A DNA stretch of 64,000 bases, taken from the NCBI GenBank assembly GCA_040388865.1, contig JAZKBB010000008.1, forward strand, positions 21,663 through 85,662, in the 5' to 3' direction. A program made the translations under genes and the position numbers. The notes below the pieces were generated by a model. That model saw nothing but the letters and a program-made list of their open reading frames with translations. It was not told where the DNA came from and did not search any database. Origin of the DNA: Pseudomonadota bacterium (GTDB taxonomy: Bacteria > Pseudomonadota > Alphaproteobacteria > Sphingomonadales > Sphingomonadaceae). Each line of letters opens with the position of its first letter. Positions within the stretch are counted from its first letter, which is position 1. Below are positions 27,826-37,479 of the stretch, one piece after another.

Positions 27826-29133
27826 ATGCGCCGCCCATTTCGCGCGGGTGTTGCGCTTGCCGCTCTGTTGCTCTGCACCGGAGCGAGTGGTCAGCAGCAT
27901 GCGATGGATCCGTCGCATGCGATGCCGGAACGGCCGGCGCGTGCCGGGCCGCCTCTGACGCTTGAGGACGCGGTCTCGCTTGCCTCCGGCGATCAGCCGG
28001 CTGTCGCCGCCTACCAGCGCGAGGCTTCCGCCTCGGACCAGGCGGCGATCGCTGCTCTCACTCTTCCCGATCCGCAAATATCGGCGGGCCTCCAGAACTT
28101 CCCGGTCACGGGACACGACGCCTTCACCGACAGGGACATGATGACCATGCTCACGGTCGGGCTCATGCGCGAGCAGGTCCGGCGCTCCAAACGCGAGGCG
28201 GCAGCGGCCCGGATCAGGGCCGAGGCGCTGGTCAGCTGCCGGCAGGCCAGCGCGGAGGATCGCCGTATCCGCCGCGATGTGATGCTGGCGTGGATCGACG
28301 CCGTCGAGGCCAACTCCAAGGAGCGCCTGATCGAGCGCATCATCGCGGACCTCTACACGGGGCACCATGTCATGGAAGCCGGGATCCCGACCGGCAAGTC
28401 CACGCCGGACCTGGTATTTCAGATGCAGGCTGAAATTGCGCTCGAGCAGTCGATGCTCGCCGATACCAAGCGTGCCGAAGAACATGCCCGCGCCGAGCTC
28501 GCGCGCTGGATCGGGGCCCAAGCGGCGGCTCGGCCGCTGCCGGACACCATTCCCGACATCGAGCCTCCGGCGGATGTTCCCGGGGAAGCGCTCGCGCTGA
28601 CTGCTCACCCGTCGGTCCAGGCGGCAGTGGCCGAGCAGGAAGCGGCGCAGCGCCAGATCGATGTCGCGCGCCAGGACCGCAAGCCCGACGTCAGCTGGTC
28701 GGTGATGCTCGGCGTCCGCCCGAAATATGGGGAGATGGTCAGTGGAACCGTTTCGATCCCGCTGCAGATCAACCGCCGCAACAGGCAGGACCGGCTCGTC
28801 GCGGAAGCACAGCTCAAGGCCGACGCGGCGGCGTTGCGCGTCGAAGACATGCGGCGCGATCTCGAACAGCAATATCGCACCGCGCGGGCCGACTATCAGG
28901 GCGCTGCGGCCGAGCTGGAGCAAGTGGACAAGCAGGCGATCCCGTCGCTCGAGGCCGCGTTCAAGTCAGCCGAAGCCCGTTACGCGAGCGGCGGCGGCGG
29001 GGATTCGCTCGACCAGGCCTTTCTGATCGTCCGCCGCTACGCCGAGACCATGGTCAAGTCGCAGGAAGTGCGCGCCGACCGGGCCAGGGCGGCAGCCAAA
29101 ATCATCTATGTTCTTGGGGAGACCGGCCGATGA
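27826..29133 (+). CDS. TolC-family outer-membrane efflux protein (CusC-like)
   Basis: Signal peptide, LTLEDAV, LPDPQ, SIPL and helical repeats. Lies between cusF and cusB. Confidence 0.85.
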   Translation: MRRPFRAGVALAALLLCTGASGQQHAMDPSHAMPERPARAGPPLTLEDAVSLASGDQPAVAAYQREASASDQAAIAALTLPDPQISAGLQNFPVTGHDAFTDRDMMTMLTVGLMREQVRRSKREAAAARIRAEALVSCRQASAEDRRIRRDVMLAWIDAVEANSKERLIERIIADLYTGHHVMEAGIPTGKSTPDLVFQMQAEIALEQSMLADTKRAEEHARAELARWIGAQAAARPLPDTIPDIEPPADVPGEALALTAHPSVQAAVAEQEAAQRQIDVARQDRKPDVSWSVMLGVRPKYGEMVSGTVSIPLQINRRNRQDRLVAEAQLKADAAALRVEDMRRDLEQQYRTARADYQGAAAELEQVDKQAIPSLEAAFKSAEARYASGGGGDSLDQAFLIVRRYAETMVKSQEVRADRARAAAKIIYVLGETGR

Positions 29134-30617
29134 GGCGGACCTTGATCGTTCGGCGCGTTCCACGCCGCACTGCGCTGATTGGCGCGGCGGCGCTCGCGAT
29201 CGTAATCGCCGGCGCGCTCATTGGATATGAGTTCGTCGGGACCGGCTCGCAGCAGTCCGCGATGCAGTCCAGTTCCGGACGCAAGGTCCTTTACTGGTAC
29301 GACCCGATGGTGCCGGCCGAGCACTATCCCGGGCCCGGCAAGTCCTCGATGGGCATGGCGCTCGTTCCCAAATATGCCGACGGGAGCACGACCGGCGGCG
29401 TGACTGTCTCGCCGGCGGTGATGCAGGATCTCGGTGTGCGCCTCGCGCCCGTCGAAACGCGGGACATTGCGCCGGTCGTCCATGCGGTGGCGCAGGTCCA
29501 GTTCGACGATCGGCTGATCCGCGAAGTGCAGACGCTCACTCCCGGTTTCGTCGAAACTCTGTCGGTCCGCGCCGAAGGCGAGCCGGTCGGCGCCGGCCGC
29601 GCGATCGCCGAGGTCTATTCGCCCGACCTGCTGACCGCCGAAGCCGAATATCGCGCAGTCCTCACGTCGCGCGGCGTGGCTTCAACGGAACTGCGCAGCG
29701 CCGCGCGCAATCGCCTCAAGCTGCTCGGGGCTCCGGAATCGCTGATCCGCCGAATCGAACGCGGCGGAGCCCCGCAACGGACCTATCCGGTCGTCGCCAA
29801 TGCCTCGGGCGTCGTGACGAAGATCGGCGTCCGGCCTGGCGGACAGGTCGCGCTCGGCGACTCGATCGTGACCATCCAGGGCCTGTCTCGAGTCCTGGTC
29901 GTCGCCCAGGTGCCCGAAGCGTCGCTGTCCAACGTTCACGTCGGCCAGCCCGCGCAAATCACCTTCCCGGCTTATCCGGGCGAGCAGCGCGCGGGTACCG
30001 TCGATTACATCTATCCGTCGCTGGACGCACAGAGCCGCACCGCGCGCGTGCGGATCACGGTCGCCAATCCCGACAGGAAGCTCAAGAACGGCATGTTCGC
30101 CAATGTGACGCTGCAGGGCACGGGCGGAATGGCGATCGTCGTTCCAAGCGAAGCGGTGATCGACACCGGCCGGCGGCAGCTGGTGGTCGTCAAACGCAAT
30201 GACAGCTTCATTCCGCAGGAGGTCAAGGTCGGCCGCGATTACGACCGGTACACCGAAATCCTCGCCGGACTGCAGCCGGGCGAACAGGTGGTCGCATCGG
30301 GCCAGTTCCTGATCGACTCCGAGGCGTCGCTCCAGGGCTTCGTCAGCCGGTTGCAATCGACCCAGGAACCGGCGCCGCAGCCCGCAAGCGGTCGCGGCAT
30401 CGTCACTGCGATCGATGCGGCGAACGGCCTGGTCACGATTCAGCACGAGGCCATCCCGCGCCTCGGCTTTCCGGCGATGACCATGACCTTCAGGCTCGCA
30501 AGACCCGGAATGGCTCGGGGTTTGAGGAAGGGCCTTCGGGTTCAGTTCGCCGTCGAAACCAAGCCGCAGGGCAACAGCTACGTGATCGACCGGATCGGAC
30601 CGGAGGGCGGTCAGTGA
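29130..30617 (+). CDS. cusB: CusB-like RND periplasmic adaptor with C-terminal CusF domain
   Basis: YWYDPM...PGKSSMGMALVPKY, VVASGQFLIDSEASL, C-terminal HEAIPRLGFPAMTMTF. Confidence 0.9.
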   Translation: MRRTLIVRRVPRRTALIGAAALAIVIAGALIGYEFVGTGSQQSAMQSSSGRKVLYWYDPMVPAEHYPGPGKSSMGMALVPKYADGSTTGGVTVSPAVMQDLGVRLAPVETRDIAPVVHAVAQVQFDDRLIREVQTLTPGFVETLSVRAEGEPVGAGRAIAEVYSPDLLTAEAEYRAVLTSRGVASTELRSAARNRLKLLGAPESLIRRIERGGAPQRTYPVVANASGVVTKIGVRPGGQVALGDSIVTIQGLSRVLVVAQVPEASLSNVHVGQPAQITFPAYPGEQRAGTVDYIYPSLDAQSRTARVRITVANPDRKLKNGMFANVTLQGTGGMAIVVPSEAVIDTGRRQLVVVKRNDSFIPQEVKVGRDYDRYTEILAGLQPGEQVVASGQFLIDSEASLQGFVSRLQSTQEPAPQPASGRGIVTAIDAANGLVTIQHEAIPRLGFPAMTMTFRLARPGMARGLRKGLRVQFAVETKPQGNSYVIDRIGPEGGQ

Positions 30618-33600
30618 TCGCGAAGGTCATCCGCTGGTCGGTCGCGAACCGGCTGTTCGTGCTGCTCGGATCCGCCTTCCTGGCTTTGGCGGGCATCTAT
30701 TCCTTCATGCAGACGCCGCTCGATGCGCTGCCCGACCTGTCCGACACGCAGGTGATCATCCGGACCTCCTATCCAGGGCAGTCGCCGAGCATCGTCGAGG
30801 CGCAGGTCACCTATCCGCTTGCAAGCACGATGCTGTCGGCGCCGCAGGTGAAGGCAGTGCGCGGCACATCCTTCTTCGGCGACAGCTTCGTCACCGTGCT
30901 CTTCAAGGACGGGACCGACATGTATTGGGCGCGCTCCCGTACGCTCGAATATCTGAGCCAGGCGCGCGATCGTTTGCCACCTGGAATCTCGCCGACGCTC
31001 GGGCCGGACGCGACGGGCGTCGGCTGGGCCTATGAATATGCGCTGGTCGACCGGACCGGGCAGCACGACCTGGGGCAGCTGCGGTCGCTTCAGGACTGGT
31101 TCCTGCGCTACCAGCTCAAGGAGATCGACGGAGTCGCCGAAGTCGCGAGCGTCGGCGGCATGGTCCAGTCATTCCAGGTCCAGCTCGATCCCGACAAAAT
31201 GCAGCTTTACGGGGTGTCGGTCCCGGAGGTGATCGACGCAGTCAAGAAAGCCAACAACGAATCCGGCGGCGCGGTCATCGAGCGCGCGGGCGCCGAATAT
31301 ATGGTCCGGGTCGGCGGCTATCTGCAGACGCTTCAGAACTTCCGGGACATTCCGCTGAAAGCCGCAGTTGGTGGCATTCCGGTGACGGTCGGCGACGTTG
31401 CACGGGTTCAGGTCGCACCGGATTTTCGCCGCGGCATTACCGAATTGAACGGCGAGGGCGAGGTGGCCGGCGGGGTCATCGTCGTGCGTCCGGGTGCCGA
31501 TACGCTGACGGTCATCAAATCGGTCAAGGAGAAATTGCAGGAGCTGCAGCACAGCCTTCCACCGGGCGTGCAGGTGGTCACCGTTTACGACCGCTCGGCG
31601 CTGATCCACCGGGCGGTCACGAACCTCTGGGAGAAACTCGCCGAGGAGCTGTTCATCGTCGCGCTGGTGACCGGGCTGTTCCTGTTCCACCTGCGCTCGT
31701 CGCTGGTCGCGGTGGTGACGCTCCCGCTCGGAATCCTCGCTGCGTTCACGGTGATGCACCTTCAGGGCGTGAACGCGAATATCATGTCGCTCGGGGGAAT
31801 CGCCCTGGCGATCGGCGCGATGGTCGACGCGGCGATCGTGATGATCGAGAACGCGCACAAGAAACTCGAACATGCCGGCGGCGCCGAGGGCTTGTCGGAC
31901 AAACGCAGGATTCAAGTTCTGGTGGAGGCGGCGATCGAAGTCGGCCCAGCTTTGTTCTTCTCGCTGCTGATCATCACTTTGTCGTTCCTGCCGGTGTTCA
32001 CGCTCGAAGCGCAGGAAGGACGGATGTTCCGGCCGCTGGCGCTCACCAAGACCTACTCGATGGCGGCGGCCGCGGGCCTGTCGATCACGCTTGTTCCGGT
32101 CCTGATCACGATGTTCGTCAAGGGCCGGATTCGTCCCGAGCTGGAGAACCCGATCAACCGCTTCTTCATCCGCATCTACCGCCCTGCGCTCGGCTGGGTG
32201 CTGCGCCGGCCCAAGACGGTGATCGTCGCCGCCGCCGCAGTCCTGGCACTGACGATCATTCCAATAAGCCAGCTTGGATCTGAGTTCATGCCGCCGATGG
32301 ACGAGGGCGACATCCTCTACATGCCGACCGCACTTCCCGGGCTTTCGGCGGCCGATGCCGGCCGGCTCCTTCAGATCACCGATCGAATCATCAAGACCGA
32401 GCCGGAGGTGAAGACGGTGTTCGGCAAGGCCGGCCGCGCCGAAACGGCGACCGATCCGGCACCGCTGGAAATGTTCGAGACGACCATCCAGCTGAAACCG
32501 AAGGATCAGTGGCGGCCGGGAATGACGACCGACAAGATCGTCGCCGAGCTGGACGCCAAACTGAAAATCCCGGGCCTCGCCAATGCCTTCGTGCCGCCGA
32601 TCCGGAACCGGATCGACATGCTCGCCACCGGGATCAAGACTCCCGTCGGAGTGAAGATCACCGGCCCCGACCTCGATACGCTGCAGCGGCTCGGCGAAGA
32701 GGTCGAGAATGCGGTGAAGCCCGTCCGTGGGACAGTTTCGGCAGTGGCCGACCGAATTTCGGGCGGCCGCTATATCGACATCAAGATCAACCGCATGGCC
32801 GCAGCCCGCTACGGTCTTTCGATCGAACAGGTGCAGCAGACGGCGGCGACCGCCGTTGGCGGCATGCAGATCGGCGAGAAGATCGACGGGCTTGCCCGCT
32901 ACCCGATCAACGTCCGCTTTCCGCGCGAGGTGCGCGACAGCGCTTCCGCGCTCCAGCAGCTCCCGATCATCACCCCCGACGGCGCAGTGGTTCCGCTGTC
33001 CCTCGTCGCCGACATCCGCGTCGCGCCCGGCCCGTCGATGATCAAGAGCGAAAACGCGCAGCCATCGGACTGGGTCTATGTCGACGTGCGCGGCCGCGAC
33101 GTGGTCGGATTTGTGAAGGAGGCGCAGCAGCGCGTCGCGTCATCGGTGAAGCTGCCGCCCGGCTACGCCATCAGCTGGTCTGGCCAGTTCGAATATGCCC
33201 AGCGCGCGGCCCAGCGGCTGCAGTGGATGGTGCCGGCGACGATCGGGATCATCTTCCTGCTGCTGTTCATGGCGTTCGGGCGCGTCCGCCAGCCGTTCAT
33301 CGTCCTTCTCAGCATCCCGTTCGCACTGGTCGGAGGGATCTGGTTGATCTTCCTCCTGGGCCACGCGGTCTCGGTTGCGACCGCCGTCGGGTTCATTGCA
33401 CTTGCCGGATTGGCGTCCGAGTTCGGCGTCGTGATGCTGGTCTATCTGGACGCGGCGATCGCGCAGCGAATCGAGCGAAAACAGTTCGAGGATGATGATG
33501 AGCTCGACCAGGCACTGGTCGAGGGCGCGGCGCTCCGCGTCAGGCCTTTGGTGATGACGGTGGCCGTGATCCTCGCCGGCCTGTTCCCCCTGCTGGTAGG

Positions 33601-33793
33601 CGGCGGGACGGGCCATGAAGTGATGCAGCGCCTCGCCGCGCCCATGGTCGGCGGGATGATCACCGCGCCATTGCTGTCGCTGTTCGTGCTGCCGGCAATC
33701 TACAAGCTGCTCGGGCGCAAGCGGTTCATCCGCGAACAGTCCGACCGCAGTACGCCCACTGTCGCGTCACCTGCACATCCGGAACTTGCATGA
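30614..33793 (+). CDS. cusA: CusA/SilA Cu(I)/Ag(I) RND pump
   Basis: LDALPDLSDTQVII, GAMVDAAIVMIEN, EFMPPMDEG, TDPAPLEMFET, RIDMLATG. Confidence 0.95.
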   Translation: MIAKVIRWSVANRLFVLLGSAFLALAGIYSFMQTPLDALPDLSDTQVIIRTSYPGQSPSIVEAQVTYPLASTMLSAPQVKAVRGTSFFGDSFVTVLFKDGTDMYWARSRTLEYLSQARDRLPPGISPTLGPDATGVGWAYEYALVDRTGQHDLGQLRSLQDWFLRYQLKEIDGVAEVASVGGMVQSFQVQLDPDKMQLYGVSVPEVIDAVKKANNESGGAVIERAGAEYMVRVGGYLQTLQNFRDIPLKAAVGGIPVTVGDVARVQVAPDFRRGITELNGEGEVAGGVIVVRPGADTLTVIKSVKEKLQELQHSLPPGVQVVTVYDRSALIHRAVTNLWEKLAEELFIVALVTGLFLFHLRSSLVAVVTLPLGILAAFTVMHLQGVNANIMSLGGIALAIGAMVDAAIVMIENAHKKLEHAGGAEGLSDKRRIQVLVEAAIEVGPALFFSLLIITLSFLPVFTLEAQEGRMFRPLALTKTYSMAAAAGLSITLVPVLITMFVKGRIRPELENPINRFFIRIYRPALGWVLRRPKTVIVAAAAVLALTIIPISQLGSEFMPPMDEGDILYMPTALPGLSAADAGRLLQITDRIIKTEPEVKTVFGKAGRAETATDPAPLEMFETTIQLKPKDQWRPGMTTDKIVAELDAKLKIPGLANAFVPPIRNRIDMLATGIKTPVGVKITGPDLDTLQRLGEEVENAVKPVRGTVSAVADRISGGRYIDIKINRMAAARYGLSIEQVQQTAATAVGGMQIGEKIDGLARYPINVRFPREVRDSASALQQLPIITPDGAVVPLSLVADIRVAPGPSMIKSENAQPSDWVYVDVRGRDVVGFVKEAQQRVASSVKLPPGYAISWSGQFEYAQRAAQRLQWMVPATIGIIFLLLFMAFGRVRQPFIVLLSIPFALVGGIWLIFLLGHAVSVATAVGFIALAGLASEFGVVMLVYLDAAIAQRIERKQFEDDDELDQALVEGAALRVRPLVMTVAVILAGLFPLLVGGGTGHEVMQRLAAPMVGGMITAPLLSLFVLPAIYKLLGRKRFIREQSDRSTPTVASPAHPELA

Positions 33794-33820
33794 TCCATTC
33801 TCATTGAAAGGAGGTCCGAC

Positions 33821-34099
33821 ATGATCTTGCACACGACGAGCCTGCTCGCGGCAGGACTCTTGAACTTGGCAAGCGCCCCGGCGACGCCTGTGAATGGGGC
33901 GGGTCCACCACCGGCGGTCTCGCAGTGTCGATGGGAGACGCCGCCCCAGATTGGGCCGCGCGCGCCGCTTCAAGCCCAGAGATGGACCTGCGCCACCGCG
34001 CACGAAAGGCAGCCCGGCCACTATGAATATTATTGGCCTTTCTGGGCGTCGCAGCGAGCCCTGCCGCTGGTGAGAATCTGGGTTCCGGATCGCCGATAG
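33821..34099 (+). CDS. Small exported hypothetical protein
   Basis: Strong SD GAAAGGAGG, signal-like N-terminus, two Cys, Trp/Pro-rich. Confidence 0.55.
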   Translation: MILHTTSLLAAGLLNLASAPATPVNGAGPPPAVSQCRWETPPQIGPRAPLQAQRWTCATAHERQPGHYEYYWPFWASQRALPLVRIWVPDRR

Positions 34100-34177
34100 C
34101 GCCGAGCGGCTGATTGCGTTCGGCCGCGCGTCTGGAACTCGGATGGAGTCCGTAGATTGGGCGAATGGAGGACAGCC

Positions 34178-34330
34178 ATGCGTTGCGGAAACATGCTGAT
34201 GGGGGGCGCCGGAGGCGCCTGGATGATGGCCGCCGGTGGCATCGTCTGGCTGCTGACAATCGCCCTTCTTGTCCTCGGGATCGCGGCGCTGATCAAATAT
34301 CTGCGCTCCGACCGCCGCCCGCCGCGATAG
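34178..34330 (+). CDS. 50-aa single-TM Met/Gly-rich protein (not in ORF track)
   Basis: GGAGG SD. MRCGNMLMGGAGGAWMMAAGGIVWLLTIALLVLGIAALIKYLRSDRRPPR*. Stop lies 9 nt before the next gene. Confidence 0.7.
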   Translation: MRCGNMLMGGAGGAWMMAAGGIVWLLTIALLVLGIAALIKYLRSDRRPPR

Positions 34331-34339
34331 CCGGCCCGG

Positions 34340-36931
34340 ATGGCGAACAAGCCCATCGTCCTGGTGACCGGCGGCAGCGGATTCATCGGCAGCGCGCTGA
34401 TCAAGAAGCTCTCCGAGCGCTACACTGCCGTCGCGCTCGACCGGCCCAATCCCGACGCGGGCCAGCGCAAGGACCATGTCGACGTCGATCTCGGCGACGA
34501 TGCCTCCGTACGCGAAGCCCTGGAGCAGGTGCGGAGCCGCTACGGGGAGCGCATCGCCTCGGTCGTTCACCTCGCGGCTTATTACGATATCACGGGCGAC
34601 CCCAACCCGCTCTACGACAAGATCACCGTCCAGGGCACTCGCCGGCTGATCGACGGGCTCAAGGACTTCAAGCTCGAGCAGTTCGTGTTCGCGAGCACCA
34701 TGCTCGTTCACCGCCCGACCCATGAGCCCGACACACAGATCAACGAGGATTCGCCGATCGGCCCGACCTGGGCCTATCCGCAGTCGAAGATCGAGACCGA
34801 ACGCCTGCTGCGCGACCGGCACGGCGATGTCCCGCTGGTCCTGCTGCGGATCGCGGGCGCCTATGACGATCTCGGGCATTCGCCCTTCATCGCCCAGCAG
34901 ATCGCGCGTATCTACGAGCATCGCATCACCGCCCATGTCTATCCGGGCATGCTGTGCACGGCCCAGTCCTTCGTCCATCTCGACGACCTCACCGACGCGA
35001 TCGTGCGCGTCATCGAGCGGCGCAAGGAGCTCCCGGATGAGCTGCCTTTGCTGATCGGCGAGGAGGATGCGCTCGAATATGAGGAGGAGCAGGACATCAT
35101 CGGCTGCGCGCTGCACGGCGAAGACTGGACGACGTTGCGCATCCCCAAGCCCGCTGCCGAGCTCGGCGCCTGGCTGCAGAAATATGCAACCGGCGGCGAC
35201 TCCTTCATCCAGCCGTGGATGGTCGAGGAGAGCAATGCCCATTACATCCTCGACACGAGCCGCGCCCATCGGCTGCTCGGCTGGCGGCCGAAGCACTCGC
35301 TGCGCGATACGCTGCCCGGGATGGTCGCGGACCTGAAGCGAGATCCGCAGGCCTGGTACAGGACCAACAAGCTCGATCCGTCCCTGGTCGCCTGGTATGG
35401 CAAGCCCCCGACGAACGGCAAGGACCGCCAACAGCACAGGCACGGGCCTGCAAAGTCGGGCACCGAAAGGGAAGACATGGACGGGATGCCTGGAATGGCC
35501 GGCATGTCCGGCGATCCCATGGCAATGATGGACGAGGAGGAGCGAAAGAAGCGCTGGACGCATTTCCTCGTCGCCGGCCTCGGCCTGTGGCTCGCCTCGA
35601 GCCCCTTGATGTTCGGGATCGCGAACGCAGGAAATGTCTCCGAAGCGGTCCGCTTCGTCACTCTGGACCGTCACCTTCCGCCGATCGAGTGGCGCAGCAT
35701 GGCCCTGGCGTGGAGCGACGTCATCACCGGGCTGCTGATCGCTGTCTTCGGAACGCTCTCACTATCGAAACGGACCGCCTGGTTCGGTCAATGGGCGGCC
35801 TGCTTTGCCGGTCTGTGGCTGCTGTTCGCGCCGCTCGTGTTCTGGGCGCCGACCGCCGCGGTCTACGCCAACGACACGCTCGTCGGCTCGCTGGTGATCG
35901 TCTTCTCGGTGCTGGTGCCGATGATGCCCGGGATGGACATGGACGGGATGATGGACCCCAAGGTGATTCCGCCTGGCTGGACCTATTGCCCTTCGACCGC
36001 CGCGCAGCGATTCCCGATCGCTGTTCTGGGCTTCATCGGCCTGCTGATCTCGCGCCATCTCGCCGCTTACCAGCTGGGCCATATCGGATGGGCATGGGAG
36101 CCGTTCTTCGCCGGCTCGGCGGCCGATCCGCGCAACGGCACCGAAGAGATCATCACCTCGTGGGTGTCCAAGGCGTGGCCGATCCCCGATGCCGGGCTCG
36201 GCGCCGTCAGTTACACGATCGAGGTGCTGATGGCGGTGATGGGCACGCGCGACCGCTGGCGTACGATGCCCTGGATGGTGACCTTCTTCGGGATCCTCGT
36301 CGTTCCGCTCGGGGCGGTGAGCATCTATTTCATCGCCATCCAGCCGATCCTGCTCGGCACCTGGAGCACGCCGGCGCTGATCACGGCGGCGGCGATGCTG
36401 ATCATGATCCCGTTCGCGCTCGACGAGCTGATCGCGATGGGCCAATATCTCTATTGGTCGCATTGCCACGGCAAGCCGCTCATCCGCACCTTCTTCAAGG
36501 GCGGAGACGTCGATCGCGGAGACGAGGATCACGACGACGCGATGCTTGGGCTGGGCAGCGCCTGGGCCGAGGCGCGGCGCGGAGTGACCGTCCCGTGGAC
36601 GCTCGCGGTGCTAATCGCGGTCGGCGCGTCCCTGATGCTGACGCGCCTGTTCCTCGGCGCCAGCGGTGAACTCGCCAACAGCGATCATCTGATGGGTGCG
36701 CTGACGATTACCGTCGCAGTCATCGCCACCGCCGAGGTGGCGCGGGTGTTGCGGTTCATCATTCCGCTGTTCGGGGCGTGGGTGCTGCTGTCGCCGTTCC
36801 TCCTTAATGTTCATGGTGCAGCGGAGTTGGCATTCCGGGTGATCGCTGGCGCGGCGCTGATCGGGCTCAGCATCCCGCGCGGCCGGCGAAGCCGCGAGCA
36901 TTTCGACGGCTGGGACCGGTTCATTTTCTGA
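34340..36931 (+). CDS. NAD-dependent epimerase (SDR) - SPW repeat - VKOR-like fusion membrane protein
   Basis: GGSGFIG, YPQSK, Met-rich linker, GLWLASSP repeats, WEPFF...IITSWVSKAWPIPDAGLG VKOR-like region. Confidence 0.8.
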   Translation: MANKPIVLVTGGSGFIGSALIKKLSERYTAVALDRPNPDAGQRKDHVDVDLGDDASVREALEQVRSRYGERIASVVHLAAYYDITGDPNPLYDKITVQGTRRLIDGLKDFKLEQFVFASTMLVHRPTHEPDTQINEDSPIGPTWAYPQSKIETERLLRDRHGDVPLVLLRIAGAYDDLGHSPFIAQQIARIYEHRITAHVYPGMLCTAQSFVHLDDLTDAIVRVIERRKELPDELPLLIGEEDALEYEEEQDIIGCALHGEDWTTLRIPKPAAELGAWLQKYATGGDSFIQPWMVEESNAHYILDTSRAHRLLGWRPKHSLRDTLPGMVADLKRDPQAWYRTNKLDPSLVAWYGKPPTNGKDRQQHRHGPAKSGTEREDMDGMPGMAGMSGDPMAMMDEEERKKRWTHFLVAGLGLWLASSPLMFGIANAGNVSEAVRFVTLDRHLPPIEWRSMALAWSDVITGLLIAVFGTLSLSKRTAWFGQWAACFAGLWLLFAPLVFWAPTAAVYANDTLVGSLVIVFSVLVPMMPGMDMDGMMDPKVIPPGWTYCPSTAAQRFPIAVLGFIGLLISRHLAAYQLGHIGWAWEPFFAGSAADPRNGTEEIITSWVSKAWPIPDAGLGAVSYTIEVLMAVMGTRDRWRTMPWMVTFFGILVVPLGAVSIYFIAIQPILLGTWSTPALITAAAMLIMIPFALDELIAMGQYLYWSHCHGKPLIRTFFKGGDVDRGDEDHDDAMLGLGSAWAEARRGVTVPWTLAVLIAVGASLMLTRLFLGASGELANSDHLMGALTITVAVIATAEVARVLRFIIPLFGAWVLLSPFLLNVHGAAELAFRVIAGAALIGLSIPRGRRSREHFDGWDRFIF

Positions 36932-36984
36932 TTCCACACCGCGGCTTTGACCGCGACATAATGTCGAGGCGGAAGAAATCACAC

Positions 36985-37140
36985 TTGACGACTGTTGCGG
37001 TAAAGCTGGCCGGCCTGTTCCGCTCCTGATCGGGCATGGCGCTGCGCGCGACATCATGCAGAGCCTCGCGGTGCCAATGATCGGCGGAATGATCACGGCG
37101 CCGCTGCTATCGCCGTTTGTGCTTCCGACGATTTAGAAGC
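36985..37140 (+). pseudogene. cusA 3'-end relic
   Basis: TVAVKLAGLF/(1-nt deletion)LLIGHGAARDIMQSLAVPMIGGMITAPLLSPFVLPTI* aligns to the last TMs of the CusA at 30614-33793. TAG replaces TAC. Confidence 0.85.
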
Positions 37141-37174
37141 CCTTGACGAAGCACCTGAGTTCTATCGTTTGACC

Positions 37175-37196
37175 CCCTACCCCCTAGGGGGTAGGG
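37175..37196 (+). promoter_or_regulatory. CsoR/RcnR-type operator
   Basis: Perfect 22-bp palindrome CCCTACCCCCTAGGGGGTAGGG immediately after TTGACC (-35) and 7 nt before the repressor ATG. Confidence 0.85.
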
Positions 37197-37203
37197 CGAA
37201 CCG

Positions 37204-37470
37204 ATGGCACATCAGTCTGACCCCGCGATCCGGCGTGGCCTTGCGCAGGCGCGCGGCCATATCGATTCCATTCTCTCGATGCTGACCGACAACCGTTCCT
37301 GCATCGATCTCGCACAGCAGTTGCAAGCCGTGGAAAATACCGTCCGCAAGGTCAAGCGCGCGCTCGTCGAAGACCACATGCAGCACTGCATCGCCGACGC
37401 CGCCAGCAGCGGTGCGATGTCAGGCGAGGAAGCCCTGCGCCAGTTCAAAGCACTCACCAAATATCTCTAG
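37204..37470 (+). CDS. CsoR/RcnR family metal-sensing repressor (NreA/NcrB-like)
   Basis: His3, SCIDLAQQLQAV, DHMQHC, FKALTKYL. Confidence 0.88.
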   Translation: MAHQSDPAIRRGLAQARGHIDSILSMLTDNRSCIDLAQQLQAVENTVRKVKRALVEDHMQHCIADAASSGAMSGEEALRQFKALTKYL

Positions 37471-37479
37471 AGGACGAAC

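Noticed and set aside
33767-35674. 635-aa minus-strand ORF
   Set aside because: Antisense shadow of the SDR-VKOR fusion.
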